This document shows, piece by piece, positions 27,516 to 35,645 of a DNA stretch of 56,799 bases; positions within the stretch are counted from its first letter, which is position 1, and each line of letters starts with the position of its first letter. The notes below the pieces were generated by a model, which was not told the origin of the DNA, searched no databases, and saw only the letters and a list, made by a program, of their open reading frames with translations. Where the stretch lies: the NCBI GenBank assembly GCA_030037815.1, contig JASHPZ010000017.1, positions 1 to 56,799 on the forward strand, given 5' to 3'. Source of the DNA: Thermoplasmata archaeon. Its GTDB lineage: Archaea > Thermoplasmatota > Thermoplasmata > Lutacidiplasmatales > UBA184. The position numbers and the translations under genes are program-made.

Positions 27516-28583
27516 TCAGCTCAGGACCTCGGCGAGGCGACCGGTCGCGCGGGCGTGCTTGACCTCGCGCGCGATCCGCCGGCCGGTCGACAGACCCGGC
27601 TCCTTGAGGTCGGAGTACGGGCTCCCCGAGATGAACAGGTTCGTCCCGGCCACGATCCGGGTCGACACCTCGAACACCTTGAACTCGAGGTCCTCCGTCA
27701 TGATCCCCTCGACGCAGAACGGTCCGACCATCCCGCCGAACAGCTCGATCGACCGCTCGACGATCCGCGCCGCGACGTCGAACGCCTTCGGGAGCAGCGA
27801 CTCGCGCAGGATGACCGGCACGTTCCCCGTCACGACGAACGTCGGGCGGAGTCCGGCCTTGAGGAGCTCCTCCTGCGCGCCGAGCTTGTAGAGCTCGTCG
27901 ATGTTCGCCTCGTCCCGCCGGTCCATCCCGAGCAGCTCGAGGGAGCCGCTCCCGCACCGGTAGCCGCCGTCGGTGATCGGCGAGTAGAAGAAGTGCATGT
28001 AGTAGCGGGTGCCGAGCACGTACTCCTGGATGACGTAGGGGCCGGTCGGCGTGAAGTCGGCGAGCGCCTCGCGGTTCTTGGCGAGGAAGAATCCCTTCCC
28101 GCCCTTCGCCCCGTAGTACTTCACGATCACCGGGCCGTCCACTTCGCTCTCGTCCTCGTACCGGTCCGGCATCGGAACGCCGGCCGACTCGAGCCAGTCC
28201 CGCTCCTTCCGCCGGTCGGACTCCCACCCGAGGACCGCGCGGTTGCCGAAGACGGGGACGTCGAGCGCGGCGAACTTCTCCGGACCGAGGTACTCCACGA
28301 ACGACCCGTGGGGGACGAGGATCGCGCCGGCCTCGCGGAGCGGGGCGACCAGGGTCGGCAGGTCCGCGACCTTCGGGACCGAGAGGAACCGGTCCGGCTT
28401 TGCGAGCGGGAAGGCGTCGTAGAACCGCTGCGGGGGCCCCACGCAGATCCCGATCGGGCTCAGGCCTTCGGCCCGCGCCCCGTGGAAGATCTGGAGCGAA
28501 GAGTGGGAACAGAGGGTCGCGATCGCGGGCGTCCGGCCCTCGAGCGGCTGGAGACGGGCGGCGTCCGAAAGGGCTTGCCCCAT
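27516..28583 (-). CDS. purP: 5-formaminoimidazole-4-carboxamide ribonucleotide synthetase
   Basis: IATLCSHSSLQI, PHGSFVEY, GGKGFF, LRESLL and RIVAGTN motifs. Confidence 0.94.
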   Translation of the reverse strand: MGQALSDAARLQPLEGRTPAIATLCSHSSLQIFHGARAEGLSPIGICVGPPQRFYDAFPLAKPDRFLSVPKVADLPTLVAPLREAGAILVPHGSFVEYLGPEKFAALDVPVFGNRAVLGWESDRRKERDWLESAGVPMPDRYEDESEVDGPVIVKYYGAKGGKGFFLAKNREALADFTPTGPYVIQEYVLGTRYYMHFFYSPITDGGYRCGSGSLELLGMDRRDEANIDELYKLGAQEELLKAGLRPTFVVTGNVPVILRESLLPKAFDVAARIVERSIELFGGMVGPFCVEGIMTEDLEFKVFEVSTRIVAGTNLFISGSPYSDLKEPGLSTGRRIAREVKHARATGRLAEVLS

Positions 28584-28635
28584 AGGGGGTCGTACTGGGT
28601 GACCATCATAGCCTTTGCGCGACGGCCGGGCCGCG

Positions 28636-29838
28636 TCACGGCTCCCGGCCGGCGCCCTCGAGCTCCCAGTACCACTTGACCCGCCGCGACCCGGTCTCGG
28701 CGATCCGACGCCGCACTTCCGCCGGGATGCGGGGGTCGCGGAGCACCTTGCGGACTTCGTCGGCCGAGCCCCGCGGCACCCGCTCGGTGATCCCCGCGCT
28801 CTCGAGGTGCGGCCGGAGGGCGTCCAGCGAGTACTGCCACGCCTCCTCGCGCCGGCGGATCGCGGTCGCGTGGGAGCCCGGGATGCGGTGGACTCCGAGC
28901 GACTCCGCGGCGTGGTGGAGCTCCTCGGCGGTCTGGCGCAGCTCGTGCTCGAGCCGATGCTCCTCCGACCGGAGCGTCTCGAACCGGTCGACCAGCGCGA
29001 CCAGACGCTGCTCCTCGGGGGCCGGGACCTCGCGGAACTCGGGACACCGCGCGCGGAAGTCGCAGCGGGCGCACTGCCGGCCCGGCGTCGGGTCGAACGC
29101 CTGGGCGCGGATGCCGTCCGAGACCGAGCCGAGGCGGTCGTGCAGCCGGTCGAGCGCGTCCACCGTCCGCGGCGCCGTCCGGTGGGGGGTGAGCGAGCGG
29201 AGGTGGTAGAGCGTGAGCCGCTCGACCGGCTCGGCGTAGTTGGTCTGGACGAGGACCTGGTAGATCGACAGTTGGTCGGACGCCTTCGCGTCGTCGCCCG
29301 ACAGTTCGCGCGACGTCTTGTAGTCGACGACGTCGAGTCCCCCCGACTCGGTCCGGTCGATGCGGTCGATGTAGCCGTGGATCGGGATGCCGTCCCAGCG
29401 GGCTTCGAGATGCTCTTCGACGGCGACGGGCCGCGGCGGGTCGTTCACGAGCCGTTGGTAGTAGCGGAGCAGGAGGTCCTTCCCGAGCGCGCGGTAGCGG
29501 GCCTCTTCCTCGGCCGAGGTGTACCCCTCGCTCGTCCAGCTCTTCTCGTAGACCGCGAGGAGCTCCTCACGGTTCAGCGCCGGGTGGACGGCGGGGGTGT
29601 GCGACCCCGCGTGCCAGTCGTCCAGCGTCCGCTGGGACTCCCCGGTGGCGAGCCGACGGGTCCCCGGGACCACGTACGGTCGGACGAGCTCCTCGAGGAC
29701 GGAGTGGATGACGCGTCCGAAGCTGAAGTACCCCCGCGGGGCCTCGGGGAGGCGGTCGACGTAGAGGAACTTCCAGCGCAGCGGGCACTCGAGGTACGTG
29801 TGGTACGACGAGTAGCTCAGCGCCTGGACCGCGGCCAC
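28636..29838 (-). CDS. RecB/AddB-family PD-(D/E)XK nuclease with Fe-S cysteines and C-terminal coiled coil
   Basis: LSYSS, CPLRW, GRVIH, GYIDRID, DYKT, QLSIY and CARCDFRARC motifs. Confidence 0.9.
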   Translation of the reverse strand: MAAVQALSYSSYHTYLECPLRWKFLYVDRLPEAPRGYFSFGRVIHSVLEELVRPYVVPGTRRLATGESQRTLDDWHAGSHTPAVHPALNREELLAVYEKSWTSEGYTSAEEEARYRALGKDLLLRYYQRLVNDPPRPVAVEEHLEARWDGIPIHGYIDRIDRTESGGLDVVDYKTSRELSGDDAKASDQLSIYQVLVQTNYAEPVERLTLYHLRSLTPHRTAPRTVDALDRLHDRLGSVSDGIRAQAFDPTPGRQCARCDFRARCPEFREVPAPEEQRLVALVDRFETLRSEEHRLEHELRQTAEELHHAAESLGVHRIPGSHATAIRRREEAWQYSLDALRPHLESAGITERVPRGSADEVRKVLRDPRIPAEVRRRIAETGSRRVKWYWELEGAGREP

Positions 29839-29916
29839 GGGCGTGGGAGGACCGGTCGGGCTAAGCGTTTCGCCCCCGCACCGGAGGAAAGGGTTCGCCC
29901 ACGACGACCGGGGGCC

Positions 29917-31020
29917 CTAGTGGCCGGCGGCCGCGGCGTCCACGGCGATCTTCTCGTCCGACTCGGACGGGAGGACGCCGCGCGCCTGCGGGTTGGTCAG
30001 GTTCTTCGGCAGCCCGAGGAGGTCCAGGAGCTCCTTGTAGTGGTTCCGGATCGTCACCGGCGTGACGTTCGCCACCGCCGCGATCCGGTCCTGGCTGCGC
30101 GGCTCCCCCATCAGGTTCGACGCGATGTAGATGATCGTCGCGAGGATCCCGTTCGGAAGCACGCCGCTGGTCGAGTAGACCTGCTCGACCTGCTCGAGCA
30201 GCGAGAGGACCTTCTGGCGGACCTCCTTCGAGAGGTTCAAGTCCTGCGTGAACCGGACGAGGTAGTCCCGCGGCTCGACCGGCTTCAGCCCGAGCTTGAG
30301 CTCGCGCGCGAGCAGCGTGTACGCCCGGCCGACCTCGATCTTGGTCGCCTTCGAGTGGGCGATGATCTCCTTCATCGTCCGCGGGACATGGCACTGCCGG
30401 CACGCCGCGTAGACGCTCGCGGCGACCAGCGCGACGATCTTCTTGCCGCGGGTCGCCTTGTGCTCGAGCGCCCGTCGGTAGATGTAGGTCGCGGATTCCT
30501 TGACCTCCCGCGAGAGGCCGAGGACCCCCGCCAGCCGGTTCAGCTCGCCGAGCGCGACCACGAGGTTGCGCTGATGCGTGCGAGCCGCCCGCAAGCGGTG
30601 GTTCAACTTGCGCAGGTGGTAGAACTTGAGGGACGTGTTCCGCGAGAGCGAGTTCCCCTGGAAGTCGCGGGTCGGGACGCCGATCTCGCTGAAGAGACCC
30701 TTGTCCGGCATCAACGGCGAGATGACCGGTCCCCAGCCGCGGGCCTCGCGGCCCGTGTCGTCCTTCGTGCCCCGCTGGCCGCGGTCGCTCACGAGGGCGC
30801 TCTGGTCGACCACGAGCCCGCAGTCGGCGCAGACGATCTCGCCGCGGATCTCGTCGCGGATCAGGTGGGTGGAGCCGCAGTTCGGACAGACGTCCGACTC
30901 GGGCGCGGCCGGTGGTGCGACCGTCGGAGCGACCGGGGCCGCGGGGCGGGGGGCGGCAGCGACCTTCGGCTTCGGAGAACGCGGGCGGGAAGACACCGAG
31001 GAGGCAGTAGTGGTCTTCAT
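29917..31020 (-). CDS. tfb: Transcription initiation factor IIB (atypical paralogue)
   Basis: CPNCG...CADCG Zn ribbon, two cyclin folds and VTIRNHYKEL. No EWR B-reader motif. Confidence 0.93.
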   Translation of the reverse strand: MKTTTASSVSSRPRSPKPKVAAAPRPAAPVAPTVAPPAAPESDVCPNCGSTHLIRDEIRGEIVCADCGLVVDQSALVSDRGQRGTKDDTGREARGWGPVISPLMPDKGLFSEIGVPTRDFQGNSLSRNTSLKFYHLRKLNHRLRAARTHQRNLVVALGELNRLAGVLGLSREVKESATYIYRRALEHKATRGKKIVALVAASVYAACRQCHVPRTMKEIIAHSKATKIEVGRAYTLLARELKLGLKPVEPRDYLVRFTQDLNLSKEVRQKVLSLLEQVEQVYSTSGVLPNGILATIIYIASNLMGEPRSQDRIAAVANVTPVTIRNHYKELLDLLGLPKNLTNPQARGVLPSESDEKIAVDAAAAGH

Positions 31021-31050
31021 ATCTTGTACGGGCCCCTAACCGAAGGCTCG

Positions 31051-31058
31051 TATTTATA
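31051..31058 (-). promoter_or_regulatory. TATA box of tfb
   Basis: TATAAATA on the minus strand, 30 nt before the ATG. Confidence 0.75.
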
Positions 31059-31201
31059 GCCTTGTGCGGCGAATGTTGCGTTTGTCGGCTACATTTGTTA
31101 CACCGTGCGGTGTCGTAGCACGCCTGACGGAGGACTCCCGCGCGTGACGGATAACCGGAGGCTACGCGCGGGGCGGTGCTCGACGGCCGGAACGGCCCCG
31201 C

Positions 31202-31927
31202 CTACCAGTTGGCGGTGCCGCGCTCGCCCCAGGCGCGAATGATCTCCTCGCCCGACGGGGCGAGACGGAACGCGCCCGTGTTCGCGTCCACGCTGACGTG
31301 GCCCTTCTCGACCGCCCAGCGGTACGTGCGGTCGAGCGACTCGGGGAGTTCGTGCGAGCTCGGGAAGATGAACAGCTCGAGCAGCTGGGCCGCTTCCTCG
31401 GTGCAGTCGGAGAGGATGACGTGGGAGTGGTGGGCGCCGAGCTGGCGCATCACCTCCGGCGCGAGGTCGGGCGGGACGGCCCGGAGGTCGTACGGGCAGA
31501 TGAACCGGGACTTCGACCGCGGCTGGCGCTCGAACCAGTCCTCGTACTCGAGGTGGTCGGGGATGTTCGGGGGCGCCCAGTAGGCCGTGATCGTCCCGCC
31601 GCCGGCGGTGACCCCTTCGGGGTGGGCGACGAGGAACTCCTCGACGAGCGGCACCGGGCGCAACCGGCCGTCCACTTCGTGGACCTGCTCGGTCGGGAGG
31701 ACCGCGACGCAGCCGACGTGCGCCGGCGCGTGCTGGCCCGCGGCCTGCGCGTAGAAGGCGGCCGTCGCGCTGTCCTTCACCCAGAACCGCGCGCGCTGCC
31801 CGCGCGGGGTTCCGGCGAGAAAGCTCGCGGCGTGCTGGGCGGCCTCGCCGTCCGTCGAGTGGAAGGAGACGCCGTGGGAACCGAGGGGCAGCTCGCTCGG
31901 CGAGGCGAGCAATTGGGGCGCTCGCAT
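31202..31927 (-). CDS. MEDS (DcmR sensory) domain protein
   Basis: GSHGVSFH, ASFLAG, LEYE, FICPYD and HHSHV match the MEDS pattern; short C-terminal wHTH-like extension. Confidence 0.75.
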   Translation of the reverse strand: MRAPQLLASPSELPLGSHGVSFHSTDGEAAQHAASFLAGTPRGQRARFWVKDSATAAFYAQAAGQHAPAHVGCVAVLPTEQVHEVDGRLRPVPLVEEFLVAHPEGVTAGGGTITAYWAPPNIPDHLEYEDWFERQPRSKSRFICPYDLRAVPPDLAPEVMRQLGAHHSHVILSDCTEEAAQLLELFIFPSSHELPESLDRTYRWAVEKGHVSVDANTGAFRLAPSGEEIIRAWGERGTANW

Positions 31928-31950
31928 TGCGGAGTACTCCGCTCGCCTGC

Positions 31951-31958
31951 ATTATAAA
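31951..31958 (-). promoter_or_regulatory. TATA box of the MEDS gene
   Basis: TTTATAAT on the minus strand, 23 nt before ATG 31927. Confidence 0.7.
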
Positions 31959-32024
31959 CCCTACTCAAAATTGAGGCGGACTGCGGCGAGCCGAACTACG
32001 CGAGTCGGGCCCGCCGGCGCCCGT

Positions 32025-33299
32025 TCACGCGGGGGACGCCACGAACACGCAGCCGCGGGTCGCGTGCTTGGTCGGGTCCGGCTTCGAGACCTCCCAGCGG
32101 CGGCCGAGCCGGGTCTCGAGCACGGTCCGGAGCAGCTGGGGGCACATCACGCGCCCGATCTCGGGCGAGTCGGTTGTGCACGCGAAGCAACCGGTCACCT
32201 GCAGCGTGAGCGGCTTCTCCTTCACCATCGTAAGACGGCCCATCGTGTGCGCCTCGTAGTAGCGGGCGAGCGACCGGGCGACCTCGGCCGGCGTCCGCCC
32301 GGTGACGTCCTCCGCGACCTCGCGGCCGAGCTGCCGGCCGATCGTCTCGATCATCTCGGGCAGGTGGAACTGGAACTCGCGGACCCCGGTCGCGCGCATC
32401 CCGAGCTTGGCGATCTCCTTGAGCCGCTGGAACGGCACCGCCTCCTTCCCGGCGACGACCGGAAGAACCGCCGCGGGGGCGGTCTCGAGCTCGACGAACC
32501 GCTCGTCGGCCCGCCCCCCGGGCGTCCACAGGCGTCGGTGGTAGTCGCGGGCCAGTTGGATGAAGGCGGGCGCGGACGACCACAGCGCGACCTGTTCGTC
32601 GCCCGACGGCTCGATCGGCTCCTCGCCCGACACGAACACGAGCGCGCCCGTGCGGTCGACCACGAGCGTCCGGTTGACGACCGGGCCGGCCGAGTGGCGG
32701 AGCTCGCAGAACGCCGCGAAGTGTTTCGCCGCGGCGAGCGTCGTCGGGTAGACCTCGGTGACGACCCGCACCTTGACGCCGCGCTCGGCGGCGTCGCGGA
32801 GCGCCCGGTCGACCCCGCCCTCGATCAGTCCCGAAAGGCCGGGCCCGCTCGTGCTCAGGAGGATGCGCCGCTCCGCGGTCCCGATCCGCTTGCGCAGGAA
32901 GCGACGGACCGTCTCCCGCCCCTCGAGCACGGCGAACTTGCGGGGGTCCCGCTCGTCGAGCTCGGTCCGGCTCTCTTCCCAGTCGGCCAGCACGCGGTCG
33001 CGGCTCTCCTCCAGCCGCCGCACCCGTTCCGAGGCGCGGTGAATGAACCGGTCCACCAGTTCCCCGGGGGGGAGCGCCTCGAACCGTTGCGGTCGGCTCG
33101 TGGTCGCCCGGAGGAGGCCCTCCTGCGAGAGCAGCTTGATCGTGCGGTACGCCTCGACCCGATGGAGCGCCGACAGGCGCGCGAGCTCGCTCGCGGTCTG
33201 CGGACCGGCGCGGCAGGCCGCCAGGTAGACCCGGGCGCCTTTCTCCGGGATGCCGTGCTCGCCGAGGAGGTCGAGCAGGCCAGAACCGGGCCGCCCCAC
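32025..33299 (-). CDS. TrmB-family regulator with C-terminal V4R-like domain
   Basis: N-terminal TrmB HTH (ARVYLA...ASELAR...YRTIKLL), PLD-like effector domain (RGVKVRVV, LVVDR) and C-terminal CFAC...C...C. Confidence 0.85.
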   Translation of the reverse strand: MGRPGSGLLDLLGEHGIPEKGARVYLAACRAGPQTASELARLSALHRVEAYRTIKLLSQEGLLRATTSRPQRFEALPPGELVDRFIHRASERVRRLEESRDRVLADWEESRTELDERDPRKFAVLEGRETVRRFLRKRIGTAERRILLSTSGPGLSGLIEGGVDRALRDAAERGVKVRVVTEVYPTTLAAAKHFAAFCELRHSAGPVVNRTLVVDRTGALVFVSGEEPIEPSGDEQVALWSSAPAFIQLARDYHRRLWTPGGRADERFVELETAPAAVLPVVAGKEAVPFQRLKEIAKLGMRATGVREFQFHLPEMIETIGRQLGREVAEDVTGRTPAEVARSLARYYEAHTMGRLTMVKEKPLTLQVTGCFACTTDSPEIGRVMCPQLLRTVLETRLGRRWEVSKPDPTKHATRGCVFVASPA

Positions 33300-33337
33300 G
33301 TCTCCGAAAGGCCCGCGCCCGATAAAAGCCCCAAGGG

Positions 33338-33355
33338 GGCGGCGCGCGCGCCGCC
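33338..33355. terminator. Palindrome downstream of rpsB
   Basis: Perfect 18-bp palindrome GGCGGCGCGCGCGCCGCC. It is followed on the minus strand by CTTTTATC, which is also the probable trmB TATA box. Confidence 0.35.
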
Positions 33356-33365
33356 GAAAGGGCCC

Positions 33366-34022
33366 TTACAGCGCCGCCTGGAAGTCCTCGATCGAGAGCG
33401 GGTACTCGACCTCGGCGCCGCCGGCCCGCGCCCGCAGCACCTCGCGCGCGAGCAGCCAGTAGACGGTCGCAAGCGCCACCCGGCCCTTGTTGTTCGCCGG
33501 GATGACCAGGTCGACGTTGCGCGTCTCGTTGTTCACGTCGCAGAGCCCGACGACCGGGATCCCGATCGAGACGGCCTCGCTGAGCGCCTGCTGGTCGGTC
33601 GCCGGGTCGGTGACGACCAGGACCTTCGGTTCGAAGTACTCGACGAGGTTGGGGTTCGTGAGGCAGCCCGGGACGAACCGCTCGGCGAACGACACCGCGC
33701 CGATCGTCTTCGCGAAGATGCGGACCGGCTTCTGGCCGTACTGCCGCTGCGAGACAGCAAGGATCTTCTCGGCCGGGATGCGGGCGAGGAACTTCGCCGC
33801 GAGCCGGATGCGGCGGTCGGTCTCCTTGACGTCGAGGACGTGGAGGCCGTCGAACCGCACCTTGTAGACGAAGCGGCGCATCGACGCCGACTTCTGCTGG
33901 GTCCCGATGTGGACCCCCGACGTGAGGTAGGTGTCCTCCGGGATCAGGAGGTCCCCCGGGCGGATGTCCTGGGCGTCGCTCGCGGTCGGCGTCTCCTGGA
34001 CCATCGTCTCGTCGTCGGGCAT
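33366..34022 (-). CDS. rps2: 30S ribosomal protein S2
   Basis: [20 protein letters not shown] and IPANNKGR motifs. Confidence 0.97.
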   Translation of the reverse strand: MPDDETMVQETPTASDAQDIRPGDLLIPEDTYLTSGVHIGTQQKSASMRRFVYKVRFDGLHVLDVKETDRRIRLAAKFLARIPAEKILAVSQRQYGQKPVRIFAKTIGAVSFAERFVPGCLTNPNLVEYFEPKVLVVTDPATDQQALSEAVSIGIPVVGLCDVNNETRNVDLVIPANNKGRVALATVYWLLAREVLRARAGGAEVEYPLSIEDFQAAL

Positions 34023-34028
34023 CGGTTC

Positions 34029-35243
34029 CTATCGGGGCGTGGCGCGGCCGAGCCGCAGGAGTTCATTTAGCTTTGCCACCCGTTCCCCCCCGAGGACCCC
34101 GCATTTCAGGGCCCGCGCCCCCGTCCCGACCGCGACGTGGGCAAGCCATCCCTCGGGCACCTCCCCGGAGCGGTGGGACGTGACCGTCGCGAGGCCGCTC
34201 ACCCGGGCCAGGTCGACCGTCGCGAACGTGTCGGTCAGGGTGCCGACCTGGTTGACCTTGATCAGGACCGAGTTCGCCGCGCCGACCCGGATGCCGTGCC
34301 GCAGCCGCTCGACGTGCGTGGTGAAAATGTCGTCCCCGACGACGAGGGCCTTCGACCCGACCTGCCGATTCAGCTCGGCGAACGCCTCGAACGCCTCCTG
34401 GTCGAACGGGTCCTCCACGTACTTCAGGCCGTACTTGTCGACGAGCTTCGCGACGAACCCGACCTGGCCGGCCGAGTCGAGGGTCTGCTCCTTGTACCGG
34501 TAGCGCCCGTCGTGGAAGAACTCGCTCGCCGCCAGGTCGAGCCCCGGGTGGACGGGCAGCTTCAGCTCGTCGCGCGCGGTCGCGCAGGCGGTCGCGAGGA
34601 TCTCGATCGCCTCGACGTTCCCGACGCCGGCGACCCACCCCCCCTCGTCGCCGCGGCCGAGCGCCCGGTCCGGGAACTTTCGCTCCAGCGCCGCGCCGAT
34701 CAATTGGTGGACCCGAACGGCCGCCCGCACCGAGTCCTCGGGTCGGGGGGCCTCGGAGAACGCGATGAACTCCTGGATGTCCGGTCCGCCAATCGCGTGC
34801 CGGCCGCCGTTCATGCAGTTCCCGACGATCGCGGGGAACGCACGGCCGTCGACCCCCGGCCGGGCGAGCACCGACCAGAGCGGACGCCCGGTCTCCTCGG
34901 CGTGCGCGATCGCGCACGCCACCGAAGCGGCGGTGGCGGAGTTGCCCCCGATCCCCGTGAAGTTCGGCGTACCGTCCGCGGCGTGCAGCGCCGCGTCGAC
35001 CGCCGCCTGGTCTCCGGCGTCCAATCCGTTCAGCGCGGGGGCGCCGCGGGCCCGGAACGCGGTCAGCGCGGCCGGAACGCCCCCCTCGGGGAACGCCGCG
35101 ACCTCGGTCGCACCCGTGCTCGCGCCGCTCGGGGCCCCGGCGCGTCCGGACGCGCCGGAGTCGAGTCGGACGGTCACTTCGACCGTGAGCTTCCCGCGAC
35201 TGTCGTACAACGGCTCGATCTCGGTCGAAACGATGCGACTCAT
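34029..35243 (-). CDS. eno: Enolase
   Basis: DSRG, PSGASTG, GDEGG, DLAASEF, EDPF, GDD, KVNQVG and SHRSGE motifs. Confidence 0.96.
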   Translation of the reverse strand: MSRIVSTEIEPLYDSRGKLTVEVTVRLDSGASGRAGAPSGASTGATEVAAFPEGGVPAALTAFRARGAPALNGLDAGDQAAVDAALHAADGTPNFTGIGGNSATAASVACAIAHAEETGRPLWSVLARPGVDGRAFPAIVGNCMNGGRHAIGGPDIQEFIAFSEAPRPEDSVRAAVRVHQLIGAALERKFPDRALGRGDEGGWVAGVGNVEAIEILATACATARDELKLPVHPGLDLAASEFFHDGRYRYKEQTLDSAGQVGFVAKLVDKYGLKYVEDPFDQEAFEAFAELNRQVGSKALVVGDDIFTTHVERLRHGIRVGAANSVLIKVNQVGTLTDTFATVDLARVSGLATVTSHRSGEVPEGWLAHVAVGTGARALKCGVLGGERVAKLNELLRLGRATPR

Positions 35244-35635
35244 GGACCCTCCACGAACTCCACCAGCACGCCTCCGAACGCCGAAGGATGCGCGAACCCG
35301 ACCCGTCGGCCGCGGGCGCCGGGTCGGGCGGATCGGTCGACCACGCGACCCCCCCGGGCGACCACGCCCGCGAGCGCCGCGTCGACGTTGGGAACGTGAT
35401 AGGCGAGGTGGTGCACCCCTTCGCCCCGCGCTTCGAGGAACTTCGCGACCGGCGACTCGGCCTCGGTCGGCTCGAGCAGCTCGACGTGGGTCGCTCCGGC
35501 GCTCAGGAACGCCACGCGCACGCGGTTCGACGGGACGACCTCGGGGGGTGCCTCGGGCGGGCCGAGGAGCGGCGCCCAGCGGGCGACCGCCGACGGGAGG
35601 TCGCGGACCGCGATTCCGATGTGGTCGACGTCCAT
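35240..35635 (-). CDS. mce: Methylmalonyl-CoA epimerase
   Basis: DHIGIAV, VELLEP, GEGVHHLA and GGVLVEFVE motifs; directly downstream of the mutase. Confidence 0.93.
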   Translation of the reverse strand: MDVDHIGIAVRDLPSAVARWAPLLGPPEAPPEVVPSNRVRVAFLSAGATHVELLEPTEAESPVAKFLEARGEGVHHLAYHVPNVDAALAGVVARGGRVVDRSARPGARGRRVGFAHPSAFGGVLVEFVEGP

Positions 35636-35645
35636 CCGGCCCCTC

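Noticed and set aside
18637-29838. CRISPR-Cas locus suggested by two Cas4/RecB-like genes
   Set aside because: No repeat-spacer array, cas1, cas2 or effector genes were seen, and the neighbours are housekeeping genes.
25273-29838. Integrated element at the tRNA-Ser gene
   Set aside because: No integrase, no duplicated tRNA 3' end and no composition shift noticed.
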